In this document: one piece after another, positions 26,143 to 35,188 of the stretch
Numbering within the stretch: position 1 is the stretch's first letter
How the letters are laid out: each line of letters opens with the position of its first letter
NCBI GenBank assembly: GCA_903929735.1
Contig: CAIYVW010000043.1
Location: 1-49,606, forward strand
DNA length: 49,606 nt
From: an uncultured bacterium
GTDB lineage: Bacteria > Patescibacteriota > Minisyncoccia > Phycocordibacterales > UBA9973
Reading direction: 5' to 3'
Notes under the pieces: model-generated
What the model saw: only the letters and a program-made list of their open reading frames with translations
The model's database searches: none
What the model was told of the DNA's origin: nothing
Program-made: the position numbers and the translations under genes

Positions 26143-27648
26143 ATGATTAAAAAACAAATTGCATTAATAGTTCTAGATGGCTGGGGTTACAGAGAAGATA
26201 AGAAAGATAATGCTATAGCTGCTGCTCATAAGCCAAATTTTGATGAAATATGGGCAAAGTATCCTCATACAACTTTAGATGCTTCTGCGTTTGCTGTAGG
26301 GCTACCTAGCGGGCAGATGGGTAATAGTGAAGTGGGTCATATGACTATAGGAGCAGGAAGGCCACTTGATCAAGATTTAGTAAGAATAGATAAATCTATA
26401 TCTTCGGGTGATTTTGCCAATAATTTGGCTTTTGTTGAATTATTCAATCATATAAAAATGAATGACTCGACTCTTCATGTTATGGGTCTTTTGTCTCCTG
26501 GAGGAGTCCATAGTCATATGAATCATCTTTTTGCTTTTCTTAAAGTAGCATTTGATAATGAAATTAGTAAAGTTGTAATTCATGTTTTTACTGATGGACG
26601 AGATGTTCCTCCTCAGAGTGCAGCTGGATATATAAAAGAATTAGAAGAAAAAATTAAAGAAATAGGCATAGGGTCTATTGCTTCAATTTCAGGACGTCTT
26701 TATGCTATGGATAGGGATAATAATTGGGATAGATTATCGAAAGTAGAAGAAGTAATAATGAAAGGAGAAGGTAAAGTCTGCGATGTGGATCCATCTTTAT
26801 ATGTAGAGAATTTATATAAAGAAGGAGTTGTAGATGAACACATCGAACCATTTATATGTTTAGATAAAGAAGGACAGAAACATACAATTCAGAAAAATGA
26901 TGGAATTTTCTTTTTCAATTTTAGAGCAGACAGAGCTCGTATGCTTACACATAAGATAATAGAAATGAAAGAAACGATGAATATTCTTTTGGTTACTATG
27001 ACAGACTATGGTTCAGAATATAAAAGTTTGGTGGCTTTTCCTCCGATTAAGATCGAAACTACTTTAGCAAAAGAATTGTCTAATGCAGGTCTTACTCAAG
27101 CTCATATAACAGAAACAGAGAAATTTGCACATGCTACTTACTTTTTAGATGGAGGAGTAGAGAAGCCTTATCCTGGTGAAGAATATATTCTGATACCTAG
27201 TCGTAAGGATATACTCACTCATGACTTAGCTCCAAAAATGAAAGCTGAAGCAATAGCAGATAAAGTAATAGAGCAAATAAAGAAGGGGACTGATTTTATT
27301 TTTATTAATTTTGCCAATGCAGATATGGTAGGTCATACAGCAAATGTTCCTGCCATAATAACTGCTGTAGAAGAAATAGATAAAGAATTAGGTAGAGTTT
27401 TGGAAGTATTACATTCAAATGGAGGAGTGGCTTGTATAACAGCTGATCATGGGAATGCAGAAATAAATATAGACCAAAAGACAGGAGAAAGACATACTTC
27501 GCATACAACTGATCCTGTGCCTTTCATACTTACGAATATGACTGGAATTTTGCATGAGGGTACATTAGCAGATGTAACTCCTACAATTCTTAAAATTATA
27601 GATATTAAAAAGCCTGATTGTATGACGGGGAATAGTCTTATTGATTAG
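26143..27648 (+). CDS. gpmI: 2,3-bisphosphoglycerate-independent phosphoglycerate mutase
   Basis: LIVLDGWGYRED, GNSEVGHMTIGAGR, catalytic-Ser context, C-terminal ADHGNAE. Confidence 0.95.
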   Translation: MIKKQIALIVLDGWGYREDKKDNAIAAAHKPNFDEIWAKYPHTTLDASAFAVGLPSGQMGNSEVGHMTIGAGRPLDQDLVRIDKSISSGDFANNLAFVELFNHIKMNDSTLHVMGLLSPGGVHSHMNHLFAFLKVAFDNEISKVVIHVFTDGRDVPPQSAAGYIKELEEKIKEIGIGSIASISGRLYAMDRDNNWDRLSKVEEVIMKGEGKVCDVDPSLYVENLYKEGVVDEHIEPFICLDKEGQKHTIQKNDGIFFFNFRADRARMLTHKIIEMKETMNILLVTMTDYGSEYKSLVAFPPIKIETTLAKELSNAGLTQAHITETEKFAHATYFLDGGVEKPYPGEEYILIPSRKDILTHDLAPKMKAEAIADKVIEQIKKGTDFIFINFANADMVGHTANVPAIITAVEEIDKELGRVLEVLHSNGGVACITADHGNAEINIDQKTGERHTSHTTDPVPFILTNMTGILHEGTLADVTPTILKIIDIKKPDCMTGNSLID

Positions 27649-27714
27649 AATATTAATAATTATAAACCTTGATAATTAGAGGTTTTTTGAGTATAATCAA
27701 GAAGTTAATATTTA

Positions 27715-27801
27715 GGAAGCGTGGCTGAGTGGTTGAAAGCACCGCTCTCGAAAAGCGGCAGGGGTGAAAACTCCTCGTGAGTTCAAATCTCACCGCTTCC
27801 G
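27715..27801 (+). tRNA. tRNA-Ser (anticodon CGA), long variable arm, CCA not encoded
   Basis: GGAAGCG/CGCTTCC acceptor, anticodon stem CCGCT/AGCGG with loop CTCGAAA, T-arm GTGAG-TTCAAAT-CTCAC. Confidence 0.9.
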
Positions 27802-27825
27802 CATTGATATTGACTAAAAACCTTT

Positions 27826-27898
27826 GCGCGGTTAGCTCAGTTGGTAGAGCGACCCCTTGACGTGGGGTAGGTCACAGGTTCGACTCCTGTATCGCGCA
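27826..27898 (+). tRNA. tRNA-Val (anticodon GAC), CCA not encoded
   Basis: GCGCGGT/ATCGCGC acceptor, GCTC..GAGC D-arm, loop TTGACGT, T-arm ACAGG-TTCGACT-CCTGT. Confidence 0.9.
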
Positions 27899-27979
27899 CA
27901 AAGTATAGGAATACTTTGTACGAGGCCTAGTGCGACGGCACGAGCCAGGGTCATGCAAATTTTCAGTAGAAAATTATGC
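27898..27979 (+). ncRNA. Structured repeat, copy R2 (candidate ncRNA or MITE-like element abutting the tRNA-Val 3' end)
   Basis: Three hairpins: ACAAAGTAT-AGGA-ATACTTTGT; GTGC-GACG-GCAC inside a GC-rich arm; GCAAATTTTC-AGTA-GAAAATT(A)TGC. AGGGTCAT box. Homologous to R1 and R3. Confidence 0.45.
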
Positions 27980-28028
27980 CTGAACACAAAATTACCATTA
28001 GGTTATTTTTTAAATTAATTTTAGATAC

Positions 28029-28787
28029 ATGAGTACACAAATAATAATTTTAGCAGCGGGAAAAGGTAAAAGAATGGAATCAGATGATCCTAAAGCTTTG
28101 GCTCCTCTTAGAGGGAAGCCATTTTTAGAACATATCTTAGGAACATTATCTAAGCTTAATTTACCGATAGAACCAGTTATCGTTGTTGGTCATAAGAAGG
28201 AAAGAATTTTTGAAGTATTTGGAGAAAATCATAAATATGCTCATCAAAAAGAACAATTAGGTACAGGGCATGCTGTTTTGTCAGCAAAAGACTATGTTAA
28301 CTCAAATCATGAAATGGTTTTTGTTGTTTCATCAGACCAACCTTTAATATCAGAACAAACTATTAATGATATTATAAATGCTTATCAAAAAGAAAAATCA
28401 GTAATAACAATGGGCACCGTAATTCTTCCTGATTTTAATGATTGGAGAGCAGGAGCATATAATTTAGGTAGGATAATAAGAGATGAAAATGGAGAAGTTT
28501 TAAAAATAACAGAATACAAAGATGCCACAGAAGAAGAGAGGCAAATAAAAGAAATAAATCCTGCTATCTATGCTTTTGATTCAAAATGGTTATGGAGTAA
28601 TATAAATAATTTGAAGAATTTAAATGCTCAAGGTGAGTATTATCTTACAGACTTAGTAAAAATAGCTCAAGAACAAGGACATAAGATAAAAGCTATTCCT
28701 GTTTCAAATATGATGGAAATATTCCAGCCTAATACAAAAGCAGAATTAGAATTACTTGAAGAAATTTTAATAAAAGAAGGAAAATAA
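28029..28787 (+). CDS. Sugar-1-phosphate nucleotidyltransferase, GlmU N-terminal (uridyltransferase) domain only
   Basis: [22 protein letters not shown] and [11 protein letters not shown]. Ends at 252 aa with no left-handed beta-helix acetyltransferase repeats. Confidence 0.8.
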   Translation: MSTQIIILAAGKGKRMESDDPKALAPLRGKPFLEHILGTLSKLNLPIEPVIVVGHKKERIFEVFGENHKYAHQKEQLGTGHAVLSAKDYVNSNHEMVFVVSSDQPLISEQTINDIINAYQKEKSVITMGTVILPDFNDWRAGAYNLGRIIRDENGEVLKITEYKDATEEERQIKEINPAIYAFDSKWLWSNINNLKNLNAQGEYYLTDLVKIAQEQGHKIKAIPVSNMMEIFQPNTKAELELLEEILIKEGK

Positions 28788-28829
28788 AAATAAGCTGTAA
28801 ATCTATTCTAGATTTACAGCTTATTTTTT
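28786..28829. terminator. Bidirectional terminator (nucleotidyltransferase / trxB convergent pair)
   Basis: AAGCTGTAAATCTA-TTC-TAGATTTACAGCTT flanked by A-rich and T-rich runs. Confidence 0.88.
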
Positions 28830-28836
28830 ATGATTT

Positions 28837-29763
28837 TTATTTATTCTTCTGTATCCATATATAGATATCTTCGACTGCCTTTACGGCATCTCCGACAGCT
28901 ATATTGTTTTGGTGATATTTACAGTTTGTACAGTCTCCAGCAGCCCAGATACCTTCATTTGAAGTGGCTTGAGTTGTCGGATCTACTATGACTTTATTAT
29001 TCTCATCAATAGAAACTATGTCTTTTACAAATTCAATATTAGGTGTTTGTCCAATTTCTACAAAAATACCGTTTGATTCTAATGTATGTTCTTCTCCTGT
29101 AATTTTATCTTTATAAGTTAAAGAATTAACAAATTGATCTCCATCTACTTTTAGAATTTCTGCATTTTTTATCGCTTTAAATTTTGGATTTTCTAATAAT
29201 TTTTTAATTGTAATTTCATCTGCTCTGAATTTTTCACTTCTATGAATTAAAGTTACACTTTTACAGTATGCTAGAAGTTGAGCTGCTGTTTCAAATGCTG
29301 CATTTCCTCCACCAATTACAAGCACATCTTGATCTCCATATAATGGTCCGTCGCAAGAGGCGCAATAAGTTATTCCTTTATGTTCATATTTATCTGCATT
29401 GATTGCCTCTAATTTTCGTCTACCACTACCTGTGGCTACTAATATAGTTTTAGAAGTAAATTCTTTACCTGTTTCTGATTTAATAGTAAAAATATTATCG
29501 TTTTTAGTTATGGATATTATCCTTTCTCCTTCTATTAGATCTAAATGTTCTCCTTTATAATATAAAACATGTTTTTTAAGACTAGAAACTAATTCCATCC
29601 CTGATATTTCAGGAGTTCCAATCCAATTATAAATAACTTCAGAAACCATTGACTGGCCACCAAATTCACTTGTGATAAGAGCTGTTTTTAGATGTTTACG
29701 AGCTCCATATATAGCAGCAGCTGAGCCTGCTGGTCCTCCTCCTAATATTATTAAATCATACAT
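28837..29763 (-). CDS. trxB: Thioredoxin-disulfide reductase
   Basis: GGGPAGSAAAIYGAR FAD motif, redox CASC, GGGNAAFE NADPH motif, AAGDC. Confidence 0.93.
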   Translation of the reverse strand: MYDLIILGGGPAGSAAAIYGARKHLKTALITSEFGGQSMVSEVIYNWIGTPEISGMELVSSLKKHVLYYKGEHLDLIEGERIISITKNDNIFTIKSETGKEFTSKTILVATGSGRRKLEAINADKYEHKGITYCASCDGPLYGDQDVLVIGGGNAAFETAAQLLAYCKSVTLIHRSEKFRADEITIKKLLENPKFKAIKNAEILKVDGDQFVNSLTYKDKITGEEHTLESNGIFVEIGQTPNIEFVKDIVSIDENNKVIVDPTTQATSNEGIWAAGDCTNCKYHQNNIAVGDAVKAVEDIYIWIQKNK

Positions 29764-29794
29764 AGTATCTATATTATACTAAATAAATTAAAAA

Positions 29795-29917
29795 ACAAAA
29801 AAAATCCAAATAAGATTTTTCCAAAAGGTCCGGATAATTTTCTGCTGAAAATTTCCTTATAGCTCGGCCCGTCGGCCTTGTGCATGCCCTTTTGGTAAAA
29901 CTTATTTGGAATTTTTT
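29795..29917 (-). ncRNA. Structured repeat, copy R3: nested multi-stem element filling the ftsZ-trxB spacer (candidate ncRNA or complex terminator)
   Basis: Outer stem TCCAAATAAG/CTTATTTGGA, second stem CCAAAAGG/CCTTTTGG. Inner hairpins GGAT-AATTTTC-TGCT-GAAAATT-TCC and GGCC-CGTC-GGCC. U-runs on both strands. Confidence 0.5.
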
Positions 29918-29922
29918 GTTCT

Positions 29923-31110
29923 TTACTTCTTATTTCTTCTTAAGAATGCTGGAACTGTACTCCAATCATCTGTATCGTCTATAAATAAATCGTCTTCTAT
30001 TTTTTCTACCTTATCAGCTTTTTTTAAATATTCTGATGAGTTATCTTTTATTTGTTCTTTATTTACAGTATGACTTATTTCTTCCTTAGGAGAAGAGGTG
30101 GCTATAGTTTCAGTGGTCTTTTGTTGAATTTGGAATAATGAACGTTTAGGCATATCAGTAGGGAATCCAGTAGCAATAACTGTTACTTTCATTTCTCCTT
30201 TCTTAAGCTTGTCGTCACTTATAGTTCCAAAAATAACTTTGGCTTCTTTGTCTATAGATTCAGTTATAACTTTTGCAGCTTCTTGTATTTCATGGATAGT
30301 AAGATCTTCACCTCCAGAGATAGCAAATAATACTCCTTTTGCTCCTGATATAGAAAGATCAAGGAGAGGAGAATTAATAGCTTGAAGGGCAGCTTTTTCA
30401 GCTCTACCTTCTCCTGCGGCTATTCCTACTCCCATTAATGCACTTCCTGCATCAGACATAACAGCTTTAATATCAGCAAAGTCTACATTTATCATTCCTG
30501 GTGTTGTAATAAGTTCTGAAATACCTTCAACTGCTTGTTTTAGGACTTCATCACAAAGACCAAATGCTTGTCTGAATCCTACATCTTTACCAGAGATAAC
30601 TATAAGTCTATCATTTGGAATTACTAGAATAGCATCTACTTCTTTTTCTAATTCAGAAAGTCCCATTTCTGCTAATTTCATTCTTTGATTACCTTCAAAA
30701 GAAAAAGGTTTAGTAACAACAGCAACAGTAAGAATACCTTGTTCTTTAGCAGCTTGGGCTACTATAGGAGCAGCTCCAGTACCTGTTCCACCTCCCATAC
30801 CACATGCTATAAATACCATATCAGCTCCTTTTATAACATCTTGTATTTCTGCTTTTGTTTCTTCGGCAGCTCTTCTTCCTATATCTGGATTCATACCAGC
30901 TCCTAGTCCTTTGGTAAGATTTTTACCAAGATGAACTTTTTTCTCAGCTAATGAGTTGTGTAAATCTTGAGTATCAGTATTCATAACAATGAATTCTACT
31001 CCTTTTACTTTTGAAGCTATCATATGATTCAGTGCATTTTTTCCTGAGCCACCAATTCCGATAACTTTAATTCTTGCAAATGATTCAATTTCTGGATTTA
31101 ATTTAGGCAT
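29923..31110 (-). CDS. ftsZ: Cell division protein FtsZ
   Basis: GIGGSGKNALNHM and the tubulin signature GMGGGTGTGAAP. C-terminal linker ending in DDWSTVPAFLRR. Confidence 0.97.
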   Translation of the reverse strand: MPKLNPEIESFARIKVIGIGGSGKNALNHMIASKVKGVEFIVMNTDTQDLHNSLAEKKVHLGKNLTKGLGAGMNPDIGRRAAEETKAEIQDVIKGADMVFIACGMGGGTGTGAAPIVAQAAKEQGILTVAVVTKPFSFEGNQRMKLAEMGLSELEKEVDAILVIPNDRLIVISGKDVGFRQAFGLCDEVLKQAVEGISELITTPGMINVDFADIKAVMSDAGSALMGVGIAAGEGRAEKAALQAINSPLLDLSISGAKGVLFAISGGEDLTIHEIQEAAKVITESIDKEAKVIFGTISDDKLKKGEMKVTVIATGFPTDMPKRSLFQIQQKTTETIATSSPKEEISHTVNKEQIKDNSSEYLKKADKVEKIEDDLFIDDTDDWSTVPAFLRRNKK

Positions 31111-31201
31111 ATATGTATAGCGTCCATTCGCGTCTTTTAGACGAAAAAGAGGATACGCTTGTTAATAATAATTTACGCTATATATAATACCAGAAATTCA
31201 T

Positions 31202-31233
31202 AAAAAGGAAACATTTGACAAATGCTTCCTTTA
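31202..31233 (-). terminator. Intrinsic terminator after ftsA
   Basis: Minus strand AAAGGAAGCATTT-GTC-AAATGTTTCCTTT + TTAT. The single non-Watson-Crick pair is G-U only on the minus strand. Confidence 0.7.
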
Positions 31234-31250
31234 TTCTCTAATTATATTAA

Positions 31251-32423
31251 TTATGGTAAGAGTTGAGATAAAATAGATTTGAAAAATCCTTTTACTTGTT
31301 TTACATTATCACCTATGGGATTTAAAGTATTATTATTTGATCCTTGGTTGAAATTTAATGCTAAACCGAAAGCTGTATACCAAGAAGAATCTTTAATTTT
31401 TAATTTACCATTGATTGTTGTATCTGTTGGTCCTACTTTAGCAGGAAGGTTCAATTGTTTTTTAGCTATTTCATCTATTCTAGTTATGTGAGCACCTCCT
31501 CCAGTTATTATAACGCCTGCTGGAAGCAGTTCACTACGTTTCATTCTCTTTAAGTGATTTTCAACAAGTTCAAAAATATCACCTAGTCTTGCTTCTATTA
31601 TTTCATCTACTTTTTTTCTTGGGTAATCGCCACTTAAGACACTACCAAGTTTTACACTTTCTGCTTCTTCTAATGCTATTTTGAATCCTAAAGCTACGTC
31701 TTTTGTTATATCCATACTACCTATAGAAAATACTTGTAAAGATACGAGAAGATTATTTTCAAATACAGATAATGATACTGTTTCAGCTCCTATATCTATT
31801 AATGCGCAGCCTGCTGTTTTTTGTTTAGTATTAAGTAGAATAGTAGAAAGAGCAACAGGTGAAGCAATAACATCTGTGACTTCTATATTTGCAAGTCCTA
31901 GAGCTGTTATTAAATCTTCAATATTTTGCTTAAGGCAAGTAATGAATAAAGTTTTTACTTCTAACTTGATGCCATGCATACCAAGAGGTCGTGTATGTAT
32001 ATCTTTACCATCCAGTTTATATTGAACAGGAATTATATGTATTATTTTTTTGTTTACTATTTCAAGATTTTCTTCACTAGAAGCTAATGCTTTAGAAATA
32101 TCTAGCTCTGTAATTTCTTGATCTGCTCTAGAAATAATTACTGACCCAGTAGATACTGATGATCCTAAGCTTATACCTCCGATAGAAACACAAGCTTTTT
32201 TTATTTTTGAATCTAATGTGCTTTCTGCTTGCTTTACTGCCTTTTTAATACTTTCTGCTATTTGGTCTATATTAGTAATGTAACCTAATCTCATTCCATT
32301 TGTTTCAGATGAACCAGTTGCAAGTAGACAAGGTGAATTTGTCTCCTTGTTGTACCCAGTCACTACTACCTTAGTAGTATTGGTTCCTATATCTATACCA
32401 ACATTGAAATTATTTTTAGTCAT
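31251..32423 (-). CDS. ftsA: Cell division protein FtsA
   Basis: Actin-fold phosphate-1 motif GIDIGTNTTKVVV, later ALIDIGAETVSLSVF and ITGGGAHI motifs. Immediately upstream of ftsZ. Confidence 0.9.
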   Translation of the reverse strand: MTKNNFNVGIDIGTNTTKVVVTGYNKETNSPCLLATGSSETNGMRLGYITNIDQIAESIKKAVKQAESTLDSKIKKACVSIGGISLGSSVSTGSVIISRADQEITELDISKALASSEENLEIVNKKIIHIIPVQYKLDGKDIHTRPLGMHGIKLEVKTLFITCLKQNIEDLITALGLANIEVTDVIASPVALSTILLNTKQKTAGCALIDIGAETVSLSVFENNLLVSLQVFSIGSMDITKDVALGFKIALEEAESVKLGSVLSGDYPRKKVDEIIEARLGDIFELVENHLKRMKRSELLPAGVIITGGGAHITRIDEIAKKQLNLPAKVGPTDTTINGKLKIKDSSWYTAFGLALNFNQGSNNNTLNPIGDNVKQVKGFFKSILSQLLP

Positions 32424-32434
32424 TATTTAAGTTA

Positions 32435-32821
32435 CTAAGGAAACATTTTTAGGAATTTTATTTCTTGTCTGTCCATTATAGCACTATGATCTAATCCTTT
32501 CAAATGTAAACATCCGTGGACAAACAAATATTTTAAAAATTTAGAATAACTCATTTTAAAGAGAGGTGCGTCTTTTTTGACTTTAGATAAATCAAAAGTA
32601 ATATCACCAGATTTAGAAGTCAAAGGGAAAGATAATATGTTGGTTGTTTTATTCATGCCACGATATGTAAGGTTTATTTCTTTTTGTTTACGAGGGGATA
32701 GAAAGCTTACTCCAAGTTCGTAATCTTCTCCTAAGATAGCATTTTTTATATAGACAAAAGGCAAGCGTGGTGGCTTGCCTTTTGTTTTGTTTATAATTGT
32801 ACAGAATTCTGTTTCTGTCAT
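32435..32821 (-). CDS. ybeY: rRNA maturation endoribonuclease YbeY
   Basis: Zn-binding motif HGCLHLKGLDH near the C-terminus and typical size. Confidence 0.88.
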   Translation of the reverse strand: MTETEFCTIINKTKGKPPRLPFVYIKNAILGEDYELGVSFLSPRKQKEINLTYRGMNKTTNILSFPLTSKSGDITFDLSKVKKDAPLFKMSYSKFLKYLFVHGCLHLKGLDHSAIMDRQEIKFLKMFP

Positions 32822-32832
32822 AATTTAATTAA

Positions 32833-33102
32833 TTAACGATGTCCACGTTTTGTCTGTATAGGAGCTTTACCTAGTTTTTGAAGCTTCTCTTGTACTTTTT
32901 TACGGTTAATTCTTTTAAGAGTAGCTATCTTTACTTTTACTTTTGATTCAGCTCTTTCGTTATAACGTTTACTTTTGACCTTTTGGATAATTCCAGATTC
33001 TAAAACCTTACGGCTGAATCTTCGAACGAGATTCATATTGCTCTCGTTTGTATTCTTTTTTACTTCAATTACAGTAATCATATATGCGGATAATATTAGC
33101 AC
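32833..33102 (-). CDS. rpsU: 30S ribosomal protein S21
   Basis: VIEVKKNTNESNMNLVRRFSRKVLESGIIQKVKSKRYNERAESKVK matches the bS21 pattern. The probable true start is Met8 (33081). Confidence 0.8.
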   Translation of the reverse strand: MLILSAYMITVIEVKKNTNESNMNLVRRFSRKVLESGIIQKVKSKRYNERAESKVKVKIATLKRINRKKVQEKLQKLGKAPIQTKRGHR

Positions 33103-33145
33103 ATCTTTTAATTACAAGCAAGATAATGTTAATAGAGTTTTTATT

Positions 33146-35113
33146 CTATAGTAAATCCTCAGGGTCGACATTTATAGAAAAGGCTGGAGAGAGATGACGT
33201 AGACACTCTAGTAAATGTTCATTAATTTTTCTATTTTCAGTAGTTAATATAGGCCAAGATGATGGGTTAATTTTTATTACAGTATTTGTAATATATTGTC
33301 CTTTTATTTTACCCACAAATGCGCTAAATATTTGTGGTTCATATTCTCCTAATAGTTTGTCTATAAAAGCTCTGGCCTTTTCTGTTTCTGAAGCTGACCC
33401 AGTAAATGTAATTTTTATAAGTCTTTTAAAAGGAGGATATCCGAATTGTTTTCTTTCCTTAAGATCTTCTCTGTATAATGGTAAAACATTACCAGCTAGT
33501 ATATGTTCTAAGATAGGATTTTCTGGAATACGAGTTTGTATAATTAAATTACGTTTTGTAATTTCATGTAATTTTTCTATTATGTGTAAAATTTTTTGTG
33601 TTATGTTAAAGCTTGGAATTGATAATAATCCATCTAAAGATATGATTGCACTATGGATAACTTCTTTATTAATATAAGAAAATATCATTTCTGTTCCTAT
33701 AAGGATACTTCCAGGATTCTTGTAGAATTCTATCATGGCTTCTCTGGCTTCTTTGTCAGAAGAAACTGTTTCTTTATCAATTTGAATTATTTTGGCATTG
33801 GGATAAAGTTTCCTAGTTTCTTCATAAACTCTGTCAGTTCCTATGCCTAGTGGAGTTAGATTCCAACTCTGACATTCTACACACCTTACTTCAGTTGTTT
33901 CTTTTCTTCCACATTTATTACACATGAATATTCTTGAATTAACAATTTTAGTAGCATTTCTCTGTTTTGATCCATATAGCACTACAGGAGTTGAACATGT
34001 AGGACAAAGAAGAGTATTTCCACAGTCATGACATACAGTTACTCCAGCTAAGCCTTTACGAATAGTGAATAGAACTACAGACTCATTATTTGTAAGGGCA
34101 TAGTTTATCATATTCTGTGTTGTGTCTGATAAAACAGTGAATTTTTTGGCTCCATTGGAATCTAGTTGTTCTTTCATGTCTACAATTATTTGTCTTTCAG
34201 CTTGAGGTAAACGGAAAAGAGGGGAAGCGACTTCTCCAAGTTCTCCTTCATCATGTCTGTGAAGAGTATCTGGTCTTAATAATGTATCACCGAAGATTAA
34301 TTTAGTTTTATTTATAGAAGATAATATTTCGGCAAATGTACGTATATCTATATAAGGTCTATTAAATTGTTTATATGCATCAGAATTCTCATTTTCTATA
34401 ATAATAGTTTTAATATCGCTCCTGGGGATAGATAGGAATTTACCTGTTCCTATGATAAGAATTGGGTGAGCTTCATTTAGGCATGAATTATAGGTATTTA
34501 TTAATGTTTTCTTACTTAAATCTCCATGAAAAGAGAAAACATATTGACTGATACCTTTAGTGAATTCGATTTTTAGTTGTTCAATATCAAACCTTGTGGG
34601 TACACAAATAAATACTGATTGCTTTTTGGCAAAAGCTTCTCTAACTAAAGTTCTATACCAGCTTATGCGGTCTGGAGTCAGAGCTTGGAATATTAACTTT
34701 TCTTGCTTTACATTTTCTGATTCTACTTCTTGTTCTTTGTTTATGATTTCATCTTTTCTATTTTTACTTAGCTCTTTTAAATTTTCTAGAAAAGTTGAAG
34801 GTAGTAGAGTTTTTATTATGGTGCCTGTATTACTAACTGTATAATCCTTCATTATTTCACAAGCTCTGAAAAAATTCGAAGAAAAAGGAGATGTTCCTTT
34901 AATTGAAATTATTTTCTTTAATTGAAAATTAGCCTTTTTAATATCAGACTTCAAATCTCGAACATTGTCTATGTTTATGACAATAGCATCAACATTTTTA
35001 GACCTAATAGGAATCACAACTATGTTACCAAGTTCAATTTTTGTGGGAGAAAAATAAGTAAGATTCTCTTTTTGAAATCCTTTTTGTATCGGAATTACGG
35101 TAACTATATACAT
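33146..35113 (-). CDS. priA: Primosomal protein N' (PriA)-like, with helicase ATPase motifs degenerate
   Basis: Collinear with PriA, including the 8-Cys zinc region (CHDCGNTLLCPTC...CNKCG...CVECQS) and the YPPF tail. Walker A reads ALTPDRIS and DEEH reads ENEN. Confidence 0.8.
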   Translation of the reverse strand: MYIVTVIPIQKGFQKENLTYFSPTKIELGNIVVIPIRSKNVDAIVINIDNVRDLKSDIKKANFQLKKIISIKGTSPFSSNFFRACEIMKDYTVSNTGTIIKTLLPSTFLENLKELSKNRKDEIINKEQEVESENVKQEKLIFQALTPDRISWYRTLVREAFAKKQSVFICVPTRFDIEQLKIEFTKGISQYVFSFHGDLSKKTLINTYNSCLNEAHPILIIGTGKFLSIPRSDIKTIIIENENSDAYKQFNRPYIDIRTFAEILSSINKTKLIFGDTLLRPDTLHRHDEGELGEVASPLFRLPQAERQIIVDMKEQLDSNGAKKFTVLSDTTQNMINYALTNNESVVLFTIRKGLAGVTVCHDCGNTLLCPTCSTPVVLYGSKQRNATKIVNSRIFMCNKCGRKETTEVRCVECQSWNLTPLGIGTDRVYEETRKLYPNAKIIQIDKETVSSDKEAREAMIEFYKNPGSILIGTEMIFSYINKEVIHSAIISLDGLLSIPSFNITQKILHIIEKLHEITKRNLIIQTRIPENPILEHILAGNVLPLYREDLKERKQFGYPPFKRLIKITFTGSASETEKARAFIDKLLGEYEPQIFSAFVGKIKGQYITNTVIKINPSSWPILTTENRKINEHLLECLRHLSPAFSINVDPEDLL

Positions 35114-35188
35114 AACTACATGTTATCATAAAATCAAGCTTTTGAAGCATAATATATAAATTTATTTTTTAATTCATTTTGTGATATA

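Noticed and set aside
29795-29917. Possible small SRP (4.5S) RNA, because of AGGTCCGGA and a long hairpin shape
   Set aside because: The conserved domain IV features as I remember them are absent on both strands. These are the GNRA tetraloop closed by the GGUCC/GGAAGCAGCC-type symmetric and asymmetric loops. The element instead has a branched two-hairpin interior.
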